The translations under genes and the position numbers were made by a program. This document shows, one piece after another, positions 36,943-46,450 of a DNA stretch of 50,023 nucleotides (positions are counted from its first letter, which is position 1; the number at the start of each line of letters is the position of its first letter). Under the pieces are notes generated by a model that searched no databases, was not told where the DNA came from, and was given only the letters and a program-made list of their open reading frames with translations. Source of the stretch: an uncultured bacterium (GTDB lineage: Bacteria > Abyssobacteria > SURF-5); the NCBI GenBank assembly GCA_964607485.1, contig CAZSKP010000032.1, forward strand, positions 1-50,023, read 5' to 3'.

Positions 36943-39786
36943 GTGAATTCCCTCGTCCTCACTCTCTTCTTTCTTTCCGGCGCGTCGAGTCTCATCTATG
37001 AAGTGCTGTGGATGCGGATGTTCACCCAAGTGTTCGGAAGCACGATGGCGGCCACGAGCACGGTGCTGTCCGCGTTCATGGCGGGGTTGGCCCTGGGCAG
37101 TTATCTGATTGGTTCTTACGCAGACAGACATCCTCGAAATTCGTTGAAGCTGTACGCCTATTTGGAAGGCATGATAGGAATTTTCGGACTCCTGATGCCG
37201 ACCCTCATTCAGGCTCTCTACTTCGTCTATGGATGGCTGTTTAGAAATCTTCCGGATAGCTATCATCTGATGGGTCTCTCCCGTTTCACCCTATCTTTTC
37301 TTGTCATACTGATACCAACCAGCTTGATGGGCGCGACCTTGCCGGTGCTCAGCAGACATTTTGTGTTTTCGCGTCGAGTGTTGTGCCGATGGGTAGGCCT
37401 GTTGTACGGGGTCAATACGTTGGGAGCCGTGGCCGGCTCTTTCATTTCCGGCTTCTTCCTTATTGCACGGCTGGGAGTGACACACACCATCTATGCCGCG
37501 GCCACTATCAATTTCTCTATCGCAGCATTTGCGTTGTTCCTCGGCGGAATCCGCTCTGTGAGCGAGAAAAGGGCTTCCTCATCTTCCGGTGCCAGAACAG
37601 GCGTTTTGGGCAAGCATGCCAGTCAAGGTAAGGTGCGGATTCGGAGACTCCTGCTTTTGGTCTGTTTCGGTTCGGGTTTTTGCGCGTTGGCGTATGAGGT
37701 TATTTGGGTGCGCCTCCTCGTGTTTGTGCTCGACTCGACCGTTTACGCGTTCTGTACCATGCTGACGGCGTTCCTGTTCGGGATTGCGTTCGGCGGATTC
37801 CTGATCTCAAGCGTTGGCGGAAGGATTGGAAGTCACCTGCGCTGGCTGGGAATTTTGGAGACGTCGATTGGTCTTTCCGGATTTGCGACTATTGTAATTG
37901 TTTCGAATCTGGTCGGGATCGATGCGGGCCTTCGCAGAGCGATATCGAATTTCTCTTACGGAGGTTGGTGGACGGCGAACTTCCTGAAATTTTCCGAGGC
38001 ATTTTCCATAATGCTTGTGCCGACGATCCTCTTGGGCATGGCATTTCCCTTGATATGCAAGATTTATACAAGGAGCATCGAGGAACTGGGGGGTTCAATC
38101 GGGACGGTCTATGCCTTGAACACTCTCGGAGCGGTGCTGGGTTCGCTGGCCGCCGGCTTCGTGATGGTTCCGCTTTTGGGGATCGTCAGGAGCATCGTCG
38201 TGGTCGGCGCCGTGGGCGTGATTCTGGGAACCATGGTGCTTCTTGCCAGAGCAAGAAAGGCCAGCGCCAGGGGCTGGCTTTTCAACACCACTGTGCTTGC
38301 CACGTGCCTTTGCGCCGTGTTGGTGTGGGTTTCGCCCGATGCGTTTTCGGATGTTTACAACATGCCCGAACGCGGCAGCCGTCTCGTGTATTACCGTGAA
38401 GGAAAAGCCGGCACTGTCACAATTCATCTTTACCCTCCCGATGAGCGCGTTCTCTCCGTGAACGGGACGAATGTCGCGGGGACCCAGTTCAGCTTGCGGA
38501 CGACGCAGAAGCTTCAAGCTCACATTCCGATGCTCGTGCACGGCCACGCGAAGAGGGTGCTGCAAATCGGCTTTGGCAGCGGCGAGTCGTGTCATGTGCT
38601 GAGCCTGTATCCGGTCGAGCGGATTGACTTGGTGGAGATCGACCGCAACGTCATCAGGGCGTCTGACAAATTTTTCAGAGATCTCAATCAGGGGATTACC
38701 GAGCATCCGGCATTTCACGCAATCATCATGGATGGCAAGAACTATGCGCTCTTGACGGACAAGACATACGATGTCATCATGAACGACTCGACATTTCCCG
38801 GCAAATCGGGCAGTTCCAGCCTTTATACCCGGGACCATTTCCTGGCTTGCCGTCGCCTTCTTAATGAGGGGGGCGTGATGTCCTCATGGGTTCCTTTCGA
38901 GATCAAATCTCGGGATTTTAAGAATATCGTCAAGACATTTCAATCAGTCTTTCCGCAGACTACGCTTTGGCTTGCCAACAACTGTCGGAACAAACACGCG
39001 CTGATAGTCGGCACGGTGAAACCCTTCGAGATAGACTTCGACAGGGTGGTCGAGTTGATGAGTATCCCGTCTGTGAAAGCCGACCTGGAGGAGATTCGGT
39101 TAAGCGACCCCTATGCGCTTCTGGGCAGCCTGGCGCTGAGTCCGGCCTCGGTCGATAGATACTGCTCCCTTGTCCCAATTAACAGTGACGACCATCCCAT
39201 TCTCGAATTCTCAGCAGGTCGCTATCCTACGAGAACTGCTTACTGGGTTATCAATCACGCCGACTTCCTGCGGTTTCGGTCGAGCATCGTTCCCTACCTG
39301 TGTTTTTCGAGAACCGACGAGAGCCAATCGAATATCGTCAGGAAGACGATGGCACGTTACGAGAGCGCGGACATTCACGTGGACAAGGCGCGGCTCTGTG
39401 AACTCACAGACGAGGCGAGAGGAATACCAAAGATGTTTCGAATGCTCACGCTCGAGCAGCGGGAGGAGTATGAAAAGGCGCTCCAAATAAATCCTGATGA
39501 TGCAAACGCGCGTGTGTTTCTGGCCGAGGGAGACGCATCTCTGCTCGCGCTCGAACAGTTGGCCGAGAGAGAACCCAAAAACCCGACAGTCCTTTTTGAC
39601 CTGGGTCGAGCCTATCGCGGCCAGAGGCGGTACAGGAGGGCAATAGAGGCTCTGGCAAAGGCCGCGAACCTTGATGGGGAGAACACTCTCTACCAAAATG
39701 CCTTGCAGGAAACGCTCGATGAATCAAGAGACGCGGGCACGATGAATTCCAACGGTCTTCTCTCGCAGGATAGAGCAGCCAACTGA
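36943..39786 (+). CDS. fused MFS-like membrane domain / spermidine-synthase-like SAM-binding domain protein with C-terminal TPR
   Basis: FFLSGASSLIYEVLW, MGATLP, YGVNTLG, a second repeat YEVIW...YALNTLG, VLQIGFGSG, VEID, DG, LYTRD, TPR-like tail. Start approximate; the ORF-track start at 36625 lies upstream of the promoter. Confidence 0.88.
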   Translation: MNSLVLTLFFLSGASSLIYEVLWMRMFTQVFGSTMAATSTVLSAFMAGLALGSYLIGSYADRHPRNSLKLYAYLEGMIGIFGLLMPTLIQALYFVYGWLFRNLPDSYHLMGLSRFTLSFLVILIPTSLMGATLPVLSRHFVFSRRVLCRWVGLLYGVNTLGAVAGSFISGFFLIARLGVTHTIYAAATINFSIAAFALFLGGIRSVSEKRASSSSGARTGVLGKHASQGKVRIRRLLLLVCFGSGFCALAYEVIWVRLLVFVLDSTVYAFCTMLTAFLFGIAFGGFLISSVGGRIGSHLRWLGILETSIGLSGFATIVIVSNLVGIDAGLRRAISNFSYGGWWTANFLKFSEAFSIMLVPTILLGMAFPLICKIYTRSIEELGGSIGTVYALNTLGAVLGSLAAGFVMVPLLGIVRSIVVVGAVGVILGTMVLLARARKASARGWLFNTTVLATCLCAVLVWVSPDAFSDVYNMPERGSRLVYYREGKAGTVTIHLYPPDERVLSVNGTNVAGTQFSLRTTQKLQAHIPMLVHGHAKRVLQIGFGSGESCHVLSLYPVERIDLVEIDRNVIRASDKFFRDLNQGITEHPAFHAIIMDGKNYALLTDKTYDVIMNDSTFPGKSGSSSLYTRDHFLACRRLLNEGGVMSSWVPFEIKSRDFKNIVKTFQSVFPQTTLWLANNCRNKHALIVGTVKPFEIDFDRVVELMSIPSVKADLEEIRLSDPYALLGSLALSPASVDRYCSLVPINSDDHPILEFSAGRYPTRTAYWVINHADFLRFRSSIVPYLCFSRTDESQSNIVRKTMARYESADIHVDKARLCELTDEARGIPKMFRMLTLEQREEYEKALQINPDDANARVFLAEGDASLLALEQLAEREPKNPTVLFDLGRAYRGQRRYRRAIEALAKAANLDGENTLYQNALQETLDESRDAGTMNSNGLLSQDRAAN

Positions 39787-39883
39787 GTTTCGGACTCATT
39801 CTACTTCTCCTGCTTGTTTCTTTCCGACGTTTTCGGGCTTCCATTCCATCGGACGCGCGAAGAGCCGTTGTTTCCCCCCAAAA

Positions 39884-39912
39884 TTGACAAACCCTTTGTG
39901 CTCTGGTATATT
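39884..39912 (+). promoter_or_regulatory. sigma70 promoter
   Basis: TTGACA-17 nt-TATATT with a TG extension. Confidence 0.75.
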
Positions 39913-39965
39913 TTGATTTGCGGAGGGTTACGCACGGACTTGTGTCAGCGGAGGAGGGGTAGGCG

Positions 39966-41246
39966 ACGGCTGATTGGCGGGAAAAAATTGCGGCATTAGT
40001 TCGTCACTTCCGCGAGGATGACCTTTCGCAGTTTCCTCCCCTGGCGAGAATCGCCGTGCTTCCCGTTCGGGTGTCGATTCGGGCGGTCGAGGAGTTTTTC
40101 GACGACCAATGTCTTCAGCGCGCGAGCGCGCTGGCGTTTGCAAGCCTGTTGGCGCTGGTTCCCGTCATCGCCATCTTCTTTTCCTTCCTGACGAGGCTCG
40201 AGGCGTTCAGCGAGATTCGGGTGACGGTGGAGGATTTCCTGTTCCGCAACCTGGTGCCCGCCCGCAGCGACGTCATCCGCGAGTATGTCACCCAGTACAC
40301 CCGGAATGTGACGCTTCTTGGCGTTTTCGGCATAACCACCCTGTTCATAGTCGCCATATTCCTTTTCAACACCATCGAGCACACAATCAACGAAATCTGG
40401 CACGCGAAACAGAGGAGACCGTTCCGGAACAAGTTCACCGCCTTCTGGACCGTCCTGACTGCCACTCCGGTGCTCGTCTTCATTTCCTTTTACATCGCCG
40501 CAAAATTGACCGTCCAGCAGATCGACATCTTTTCGCTCAGGTTTCTGACATATCTTCTGAACTGGCTCGCGTTCTGGTTTGCCTATCAATTCATTCCATA
40601 CACCCACGTTCGCATTCGAGCGGCGTTCGTGGGCGCTATAATCGGCGGCACGTTGTGGGAGCTTGCGAAGGGGGGTTTCAATTGGTACATAATCAACATG
40701 ACCTCATTTGACAAGATATATGGCTCGCTCGGGGTCATACCGGTGTTTTTGCTATGGGTTTACCTCACTTGGGTGATAGTTCTCTTCGGGTCGGAAGTGG
40801 CGTATGCGGTTCAGTATCCGCAAGGTAAGAGTTCTGTCAGCCGCGCCGAATTGGCTCATTACATGGAATTCTATTCGGTTCGCACGATGGCCGAGATTGT
40901 GCGGTATTTCGGCGACGCCGAGCGCGAGGAGATAAACATCGAGGACCGGCTGAAGGATATCGGGATTCCTGCGGAAATCCTGGGAGAAATTCTCAACCGC
41001 CTATCCGAGAAACGACTGGTCTATTACACAGAGGACAAGGAATACGTTCTCGCGAGACACCCTTCCACCATAACGGTCCGCGAGGTCATCGAGGCCGTGT
41101 CCGACAACAGAATGAAAGCTCCCGAAGCCGTGGACGACCCGGTTTCGAGACGAGTGAGAAAGATGTTTCAGGAGGTCGAGGCCGGAGTGGACTCGGCTCT
41201 GGACGGGTTGAACATAGAAACTCTCGTCGAGGAGAGCGAGCGGTAA
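39966..41246 (+). CDS. YihY/BrkB family inner-membrane protein with C-terminal Rrf2-like winged helix
   Basis: RASALAFASLLALVP, IEHTINEIW, IYGSLGVIPVFLLWVYLTW...GSE, C-terminal YVLARHPSTITVREVI. The frame is open from 39963; the start is either ACG 39966 (ideal SD spacing) or GTG 40056. Confidence 0.88.
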   Translation, partial: TADWREKIAALVRHFREDDLSQFPPLARIAVLPVRVSIRAVEEFFDDQCLQRASALAFASLLALVPVIAIFFSFLTRLEAFSEIRVTVEDFLFRNLVPARSDVIREYVTQYTRNVTLLGVFGITTLFIVAIFLFNTIEHTINEIWHAKQRRPFRNKFTAFWTVLTATPVLVFISFYIAAKLTVQQIDIFSLRFLTYLLNWLAFWFAYQFIPYTHVRIRAAFVGAIIGGTLWELAKGGFNWYIINMTSFDKIYGSLGVIPVFLLWVYLTWVIVLFGSEVAYAVQYPQGKSSVSRAELAHYMEFYSVRTMAEIVRYFGDAEREEINIEDRLKDIGIPAEILGEILNRLSEKRLVYYTEDKEYVLARHPSTITVREVIEAVSDNRMKAPEAVDDPVSRRVRKMFQEVEAGVDSALDGLNIETLVEESER

Positions 41247-41277
41247 AGGCGAGTCTTCGGAAAATGAACAGGGAGGA

Positions 41278-42018
41278 GTGCGAACGGAGGTTGGAGCCGC
41301 GATGGGTTCGGTAATCGTGCTTTCGATGCTTATCGTCGCCACATTTGTTGTGCTCTGTTACCTATTCAATGAGTCGAGGGTCGAACTCGACGCCCCCACC
41401 ATAGCCGCGATGGAGGCCCGCGCCGAGGCGATCGAGACGAGACGAGAGGATGAACGACTGGCCGAACAGAGGTCGTCCGCAGTGGAGAGGCGCGTCTGGG
41501 CGCAGTCGGACGAAGCTGAGGAGGCGGGCGTGAAACCGGCTCCGCTTGCTCCGGCGATGGATGCGACTGGCTACGAATATCGGGAGATGCTCAAGGAAGG
41601 GGGCGAAAACTATGTGCTCCCTCAGTGGATGGTGAATTTCTTCTCGAGCAGCGACATCTGTCACACGCTCGACCCGGCCGACAACGTGATGTTTGTCGCG
41701 AAGCTGAACGATGCGAGGAATGCGGAAACAGGCATCGTCGATTTCTCGGCCGACTGCGACATGAGCACGCAGACTATTGCGCTTAATTTGTGTTTCGGAG
41801 AGGGAGCCGCGGCGGAAACGTTGAGGACGAAATTCTACCTGTTCGAACGCGGCGACCTTTACGAACTCAACCGGTTGGCGCGCCAGAGCGAGGTGAGGAT
41901 GGACATCCTGACGCGCGCGGCCGACTACACGTTGGAGTACGCGTGCACCATTCGCTCAAGACTGCCGCAGGCCGTATTGTCACAATTGAAAGACGTTCTC
42001 GCCAAGATTCCCACCTGA
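41278..42018 (+). CDS. hypothetical protein with N-terminal membrane anchor
   Basis: 246-aa ORF with a GGGAGG-type SD, a hydrophobic N-terminus and a charged helical segment, co-oriented with its neighbours. Confidence 0.7.
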   Translation: MRTEVGAAMGSVIVLSMLIVATFVVLCYLFNESRVELDAPTIAAMEARAEAIETRREDERLAEQRSSAVERRVWAQSDEAEEAGVKPAPLAPAMDATGYEYREMLKEGGENYVLPQWMVNFFSSSDICHTLDPADNVMFVAKLNDARNAETGIVDFSADCDMSTQTIALNLCFGEGAAAETLRTKFYLFERGDLYELNRLARQSEVRMDILTRAADYTLEYACTIRSRLPQAVLSQLKDVLAKIPT

Positions 42019-42022
42019 GTTC

Positions 42023-42562
42023 TTGACGATGCGATTAATGATTCTATTCACCTTGCTCTTCGTAGCTCTCACGCCAGACGAGGGTCCCATCGTGCTGTTT
42101 GAGGAGGGACTGAGTTATTCGAAAATTCGGTCTGAGCACGCTGGCTCAATGGAAGAACAGCTTGTCGGCTCTCCTTTCGACCGTCTTGGAAATTACTACA
42201 CCATAGAGTCTGATCAGGATGAGGCAGACTCCCGTTCCGGCCAGGTGATAAAGAAACACACGTCATCCGGCCGGGAAAGCGTTTTTGCCAAGCTGAACGT
42301 GTCGGATGGCGTCGAAGCCAGGTTCGAGGCTCTGACTTTTGACCGGTCGGGAAACATGATCGTAGCCGTCTTAGTCGGAAAGGAAACGCCCCACTCGTTC
42401 TGGGAGAGGCGAGATTACTACCTCATCGAAGGAATGCCCGAGCCAGAGTATGTTAATCGACTACGATTCATGTTGGGTATCATTGTTTTACTTTTTGTTC
42501 TCGTATCTGCCTATAGGCGCTTCGTAATGTTGCGCTTCAGGAAGTCGCTGCCTCTTGCATAG
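42023..42562 (+). CDS. hypothetical protein with signal peptide and C-terminal TM helix
   Basis: Hydrophobic N- and C-termini with a basic tail. Starts 4 nt after the previous stop. Confidence 0.6.
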   Translation: MTMRLMILFTLLFVALTPDEGPIVLFEEGLSYSKIRSEHAGSMEEQLVGSPFDRLGNYYTIESDQDEADSRSGQVIKKHTSSGRESVFAKLNVSDGVEARFEALTFDRSGNMIVAVLVGKETPHSFWERRDYYLIEGMPEPEYVNRLRFMLGIIVLLFVLVSAYRRFVMLRFRKSLPLA

Positions 42563-42822
42563 AAACGTCACACTGGCATGTTGGAATAAATCGCATCGCT
42601 GTTCTCGGCCGAGCAGTCGATGAATCACAACGCACCTTCTGCATCGTTACCTGTTTCGACATTGAATTGCTCACGCATGGATGGGTTCGCACCTATCGTT
42701 CGCTTCCATTTTTCCTCACGTACCTGTGCGCTCTCTCTTAACAAATTCGGACAAAAATGGTATACTAAGATTGAGTTTTTTTTGGCAAATCGAAGTGTAA
42801 CCCAGTTATCAGAGGGGCTAAA

Positions 42823-43764
42823 ATGCATCAAGAAGTTTCACGACGCCGGTTTCTCGAAACCGTTGGAATAACCGGCGTGGCCGCATGCCTCGGCGCCGTC
42901 TCGGGCTGCGGCGGCGAGCCACAATTCGGACCAAAGAAACCGAGGGAAAACAAACTTTCAAGCGACCTGATAATCGTTAAGGGCGAAGACCCGAAAAAAA
43001 TGGCGGAGACCGCGCTGGAGGCGCTGGGCGGCATCGACAAGCTGGTGAGGCCAAACGACATCGTCGTCGTGAAGCCGAACATTGCGTGGGACAGACTGCC
43101 CGAGCAGGCGGCCACAACTAATCCAGCGGTCGTCGGAGCGGTCGTTGCGCTGTGCTTGAAAGCGGGGGCGAAGCAGGTGAAGGTTTTCGATCGCCCGTGT
43201 AACGACGCCCGCCGGTCCTATGACACGAGCGGAATCGCAAAGGCGGCGGAGGAGGCGGGGGCATCGGTGAGTTTTGTGCTCGACCGAAAGTTTCGTCCGG
43301 TCCCGATTCCTCGGGGCGTGTCGATGAAGGAGTGGCCGATATATGAGGACGCCGCGCGGGCGGACGTGCTGATAAGCGTCCCGATCGCAAAGCATCACGG
43401 CATTTCCAGGCTGACTATGGGCTTCAAAAACATGATGGGCATCGCGGGCGGCAATCGCGGCAAGTGGCACCCCGAGATTCATCAACGCCTCGCCGACTTC
43501 GCAACCGTGACGGCGGTCGATTTGACCATCGTTGACGCCTACCGGATATTGACCAACAGGGGTCCGGCCAGCGGCACCGCGGCGGACGTGCGCCAGGAGG
43601 GCCTGCTGGTCGCCGGCATCGACCCGGTTGCGGTGGACGCTTTCTGCAGCACCATCTTCGGCCTTAAACCCCAAGAGGTTGGTATGGTGCAAAAAGCTTT
43701 CGAGCTCGGTCTGGGCGAGATGGACCTGAGCAAGATAAAACAGCAAAGGATAGAGTTGGCCTAG
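42823..43764 (+). CDS. DUF362 domain protein with Tat signal
   Basis: SRRRFL, LGGI, VVVKPNI, TTNP, PIAKHH, KNMMG, DPVAVD. Confidence 0.88.
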   Translation: MHQEVSRRRFLETVGITGVAACLGAVSGCGGEPQFGPKKPRENKLSSDLIIVKGEDPKKMAETALEALGGIDKLVRPNDIVVVKPNIAWDRLPEQAATTNPAVVGAVVALCLKAGAKQVKVFDRPCNDARRSYDTSGIAKAAEEAGASVSFVLDRKFRPVPIPRGVSMKEWPIYEDAARADVLISVPIAKHHGISRLTMGFKNMMGIAGGNRGKWHPEIHQRLADFATVTAVDLTIVDAYRILTNRGPASGTAADVRQEGLLVAGIDPVAVDAFCSTIFGLKPQEVGMVQKAFELGLGEMDLSKIKQQRIELA

Positions 43765-43781
43765 CCGCCTGCGCATTCAGT

Positions 43782-45380
43782 TTGATGAGAAACCTCAGAC
43801 GCATTTCCCAGCTTACGTGCCTGGCGCTGTTCTTGTTTCTTCTCACGAGAGCTTCCTACCCGCTGACCGAGGCGTATCCCGTCGATGTGTTTCCCCGGCT
43901 CAGCCCGCTGCTGGGCGTCGTCGCGTCGGTCGCATCCCGCGGCGTGGCGACTGCTTTCTGGCCGGCGCTCTTTGTGGTTGCCGCCACGTTGATTCTCGGA
44001 CGCGCGTTTTGCGGATGGGTGTGTCCGATGGGAACCACGCTGGACATCACCGACAAATTTTTTAGGAGAAAGCCCAATACCATCTCCGACAATAAGCCCA
44101 AACATCGCCGGTGGAAATTCGTGCTGCTCGCGTTCTTGCTCATCGGTTCCGTCTTCGGATTGCAGCTTGCCGGATGGTTCGATCCTCTCAGCTTGGTCAC
44201 GCGGTCGTACGCGCTCGCGCTGCAGCCGTACGCGAATTTTGCGGCCGAGCAGATACTCGACCTCCTCTACTTGATACCCGCACTCGCTCCTGTTCTCTAT
44301 CCGGTAGAGGAATTTCTGCGCAGATATATTCTCTCGTTCCAGCAGTTGGTCTTCTCTTCTCACCTCTTGTTCGCATTTATATTCCTTGGGGTCGTGGCGC
44401 TGGGCGCGCTCAACCGCCGCTTCTGGTGCCGGAGCCTGTGCCCGCTCGGAGGGTTGCTCGCGCTGCTCGGCCGGTACCCGGTCCTCCGCAGGAAGGTGAG
44501 CGATGAGTGCACTCACTGCCTCAAGTGCCAGCGGGCGTGCATGACCGACGCCATCGTCGATGAAGGCACAAAGACCGTTCGGGGTGAATGCGTCTATTGC
44601 TTCACATGTGAAGACATATGTCCGGAGGGGGCGATCAGTTTCTCCTTCAAGTCGAAGCTGCCCCAGAGCGTATCGGGAGGAGTGCTGAGTCGTCGCGCGT
44701 TCTTCACGACGACGATTGCGGGCGCGGCGGCACTCCCCGCGATGAGGCTCAACTTTGCGCGGAAATCGTTGTACCCCTGGGTTATTCGGCCGCCGGGCGT
44801 CGAGGACGAGCGCGCATTCCTCGCCAAGTGTGTCCGCTGCGGCGAGTGCATGAAAGTGTGCCTCAAGAATGCCCTCCATCCGGTGTTGCTGGAGGCGGGG
44901 GCGGAGGGGTTGTGGTCGCCGAGGCTGGTTCCGCGCGCGGGGTATTGCGAGTACAATTGCACCCTCTGCGGCCAGGTGTGTCCCTCGGGCGCCATTCCCG
45001 AGCTCAGCCGCGAGCAGAAACATAATGTGCGAATGGGCACGGCGCATTTCAACAAGAACCGCTGCATCCCCTGGGTTGCGTACGACAGGTGGAACGAAAA
45101 AAGCGAGTGGTCGAAGGAATACAACTGCGCCGTCTGCGAGGAACATTGTCCGACCCCGAAGAAGGCCATACAGTTTTCCGACGTCACCGTCCACACCCCC
45201 GATGGTCCCCAGACAATTCGGCGGCCGGTAGTCGTGGAGGAAGAATGCATAGGATGCGGCATATGCGAATACGTGTGCCCGCTCGATGGCCCTGCGGCGG
45301 TCAGGGTGATTTCGAGGAACGCCGCAAGAGAGATCGGGCAAGCCGGGGGCACGCCCGAAGAAATCATAAATACCTATTGA
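43782..45380 (+). CDS. membrane polyferredoxin (NapH/MauN-like fused to NapG/MauM-like 4Fe-4S domain)
   Basis: GRAFCGWVCP, RFWCRSLCP, several CxxCxxCxxxC motifs, RPPG...FLAKCVRCGEC. Confidence 0.9.
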   Translation: MMRNLRRISQLTCLALFLFLLTRASYPLTEAYPVDVFPRLSPLLGVVASVASRGVATAFWPALFVVAATLILGRAFCGWVCPMGTTLDITDKFFRRKPNTISDNKPKHRRWKFVLLAFLLIGSVFGLQLAGWFDPLSLVTRSYALALQPYANFAAEQILDLLYLIPALAPVLYPVEEFLRRYILSFQQLVFSSHLLFAFIFLGVVALGALNRRFWCRSLCPLGGLLALLGRYPVLRRKVSDECTHCLKCQRACMTDAIVDEGTKTVRGECVYCFTCEDICPEGAISFSFKSKLPQSVSGGVLSRRAFFTTTIAGAAALPAMRLNFARKSLYPWVIRPPGVEDERAFLAKCVRCGECMKVCLKNALHPVLLEAGAEGLWSPRLVPRAGYCEYNCTLCGQVCPSGAIPELSREQKHNVRMGTAHFNKNRCIPWVAYDRWNEKSEWSKEYNCAVCEEHCPTPKKAIQFSDVTVHTPDGPQTIRRPVVVEEECIGCGICEYVCPLDGPAAVRVISRNAAREIGQAGGTPEEIINTY

Positions 45381-45556
45381 GCCCCAATCGAGCGAATAAT
45401 TATAAATTTAATCTATAAATAGTAGAAAAGTCCACCCACAAGAACTCCTTTTATCGTTTCCAGTTTCACGAATCGCGCCGCCCCGAGTCCGTCCCATAAT
45501 TTGTAAAAGTTTCGTGTTTGACAACAAGATATGGTGGTATCGGGGCGAGATTGCCC

Positions 45557-45584
45557 TTGAATTTTGTGGAAATTCGTGTATAAT
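45557..45584 (+). promoter_or_regulatory. sigma70-like promoter of the tol-pal genes
   Basis: TTGAAT-16 nt-TATAAT in an AT-rich intergenic region. Confidence 0.55.
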
Positions 45585-45598
45585 TAGAGAGATATGTC

Positions 45599-46450
45599 AT
45601 GCGGCATTTCATGGTGCGAACGATAGGGGGTCATATTGACCCCCACACGCTTATGGCGGGGCTGTGGCCGAGCCCCCAGTGGAGCCGGATGCTCATGTAT
45701 TCGGTGATTATCCATCTCTGTATCGCGACCTCGCTGATTCTTTTCCGGGCGTTCAATCTTTCCTTCAGGAGACTTCCGGCGGTCGTTTACAGCGTGGACC
45801 TTGTGGAGTTCGAGCGGCCAAAGCCCCCGCCCGTCAAGAAGATTGCGACGCCCGTTCCCAAGAAGGTTGAAGAACCGAAACCAAAGCCCAAGCCCAAGCC
45901 CGAGCCGAAACCGGAGCCCAAGCCGGTGGTGAAGAAAGAGACATTGCCGCCCGAAAAAAAGGTGGAGGTACCGAAAGTGGTCAAGCCTCCGGCGCCCAAG
46001 AAAAAACCGCCCGAGGTGAAAACGGAACCGCCTCCCCCCAAAAGGGAAGAACCTCCGCCGGAGCCCGAACCAATCGAAGTCGCAAAGGCGGTCGAGCCTG
46101 CGCCCGAGCCGGTGGCCTCGAGCACGGTGAATCTCGATGCGGATTTCATTACACCCGAGCTCAAGTGGTACATCGAGGTGATAAGACGCAAGGTGTGGCA
46201 GAATTGGATAGATCCCCGGCACGCGCTGCCGCCCGGCACACATGCCCGCGTGGTGATCCGCTTCGAGATTGGGCGGGACGGCAACTTCGCCTCGACCCCG
46301 GTGGTTCTCGAATCTTCGAGTATTTCTCTTTTCGACCAATCCGGATACCGCGCCGTCATGAGGTCGGTTCCGTTTCCGCCGCTTCCCGAAGGCTACGTCG
46401 GAGACAAGCTGGGCGTGCGTTTCGGGTTTGAATATGGAGAGAGCGCATGA
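45599..46450 (+). CDS. tolA: TolA/TonB-family energy transducer
   Basis: TM helix with S-xxx-H (SVIIH), Pro/Lys/Glu-rich linker, TonB-C-like end (FDQSGYRAV..PFPPLP). Overlaps tolB. Confidence 0.8.
   Translation: MRHFMVRTIGGHIDPHTLMAGLWPSPQWSRMLMYSVIIHLCIATSLILFRAFNLSFRRLPAVVYSVDLVEFERPKPPPVKKIATPVPKKVEEPKPKPKPKPEPKPEPKPVVKKETLPPEKKVEVPKVVKPPAPKKKPPEVKTEPPPPKREEPPPEPEPIEVAKAVEPAPEPVASSTVNLDADFITPELKWYIEVIRRKVWQNWIDPRHALPPGTHARVVIRFEIGRDGNFASTPVVLESSSISLFDQSGYRAVMRSVPFPPLPEGYVGDKLGVRFGFEYGESA

Noticed and set aside
43761-45341. 526-aa minus-strand ORF
   Set aside because: Antisense shadow of the polyferredoxin gene.
45870-45930. Short DNA repeats in tolA
   Set aside because: They simply encode the PKPKPEPK linker and are not a CRISPR array or mobile repeat. 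No CRISPR array was seen in the window.
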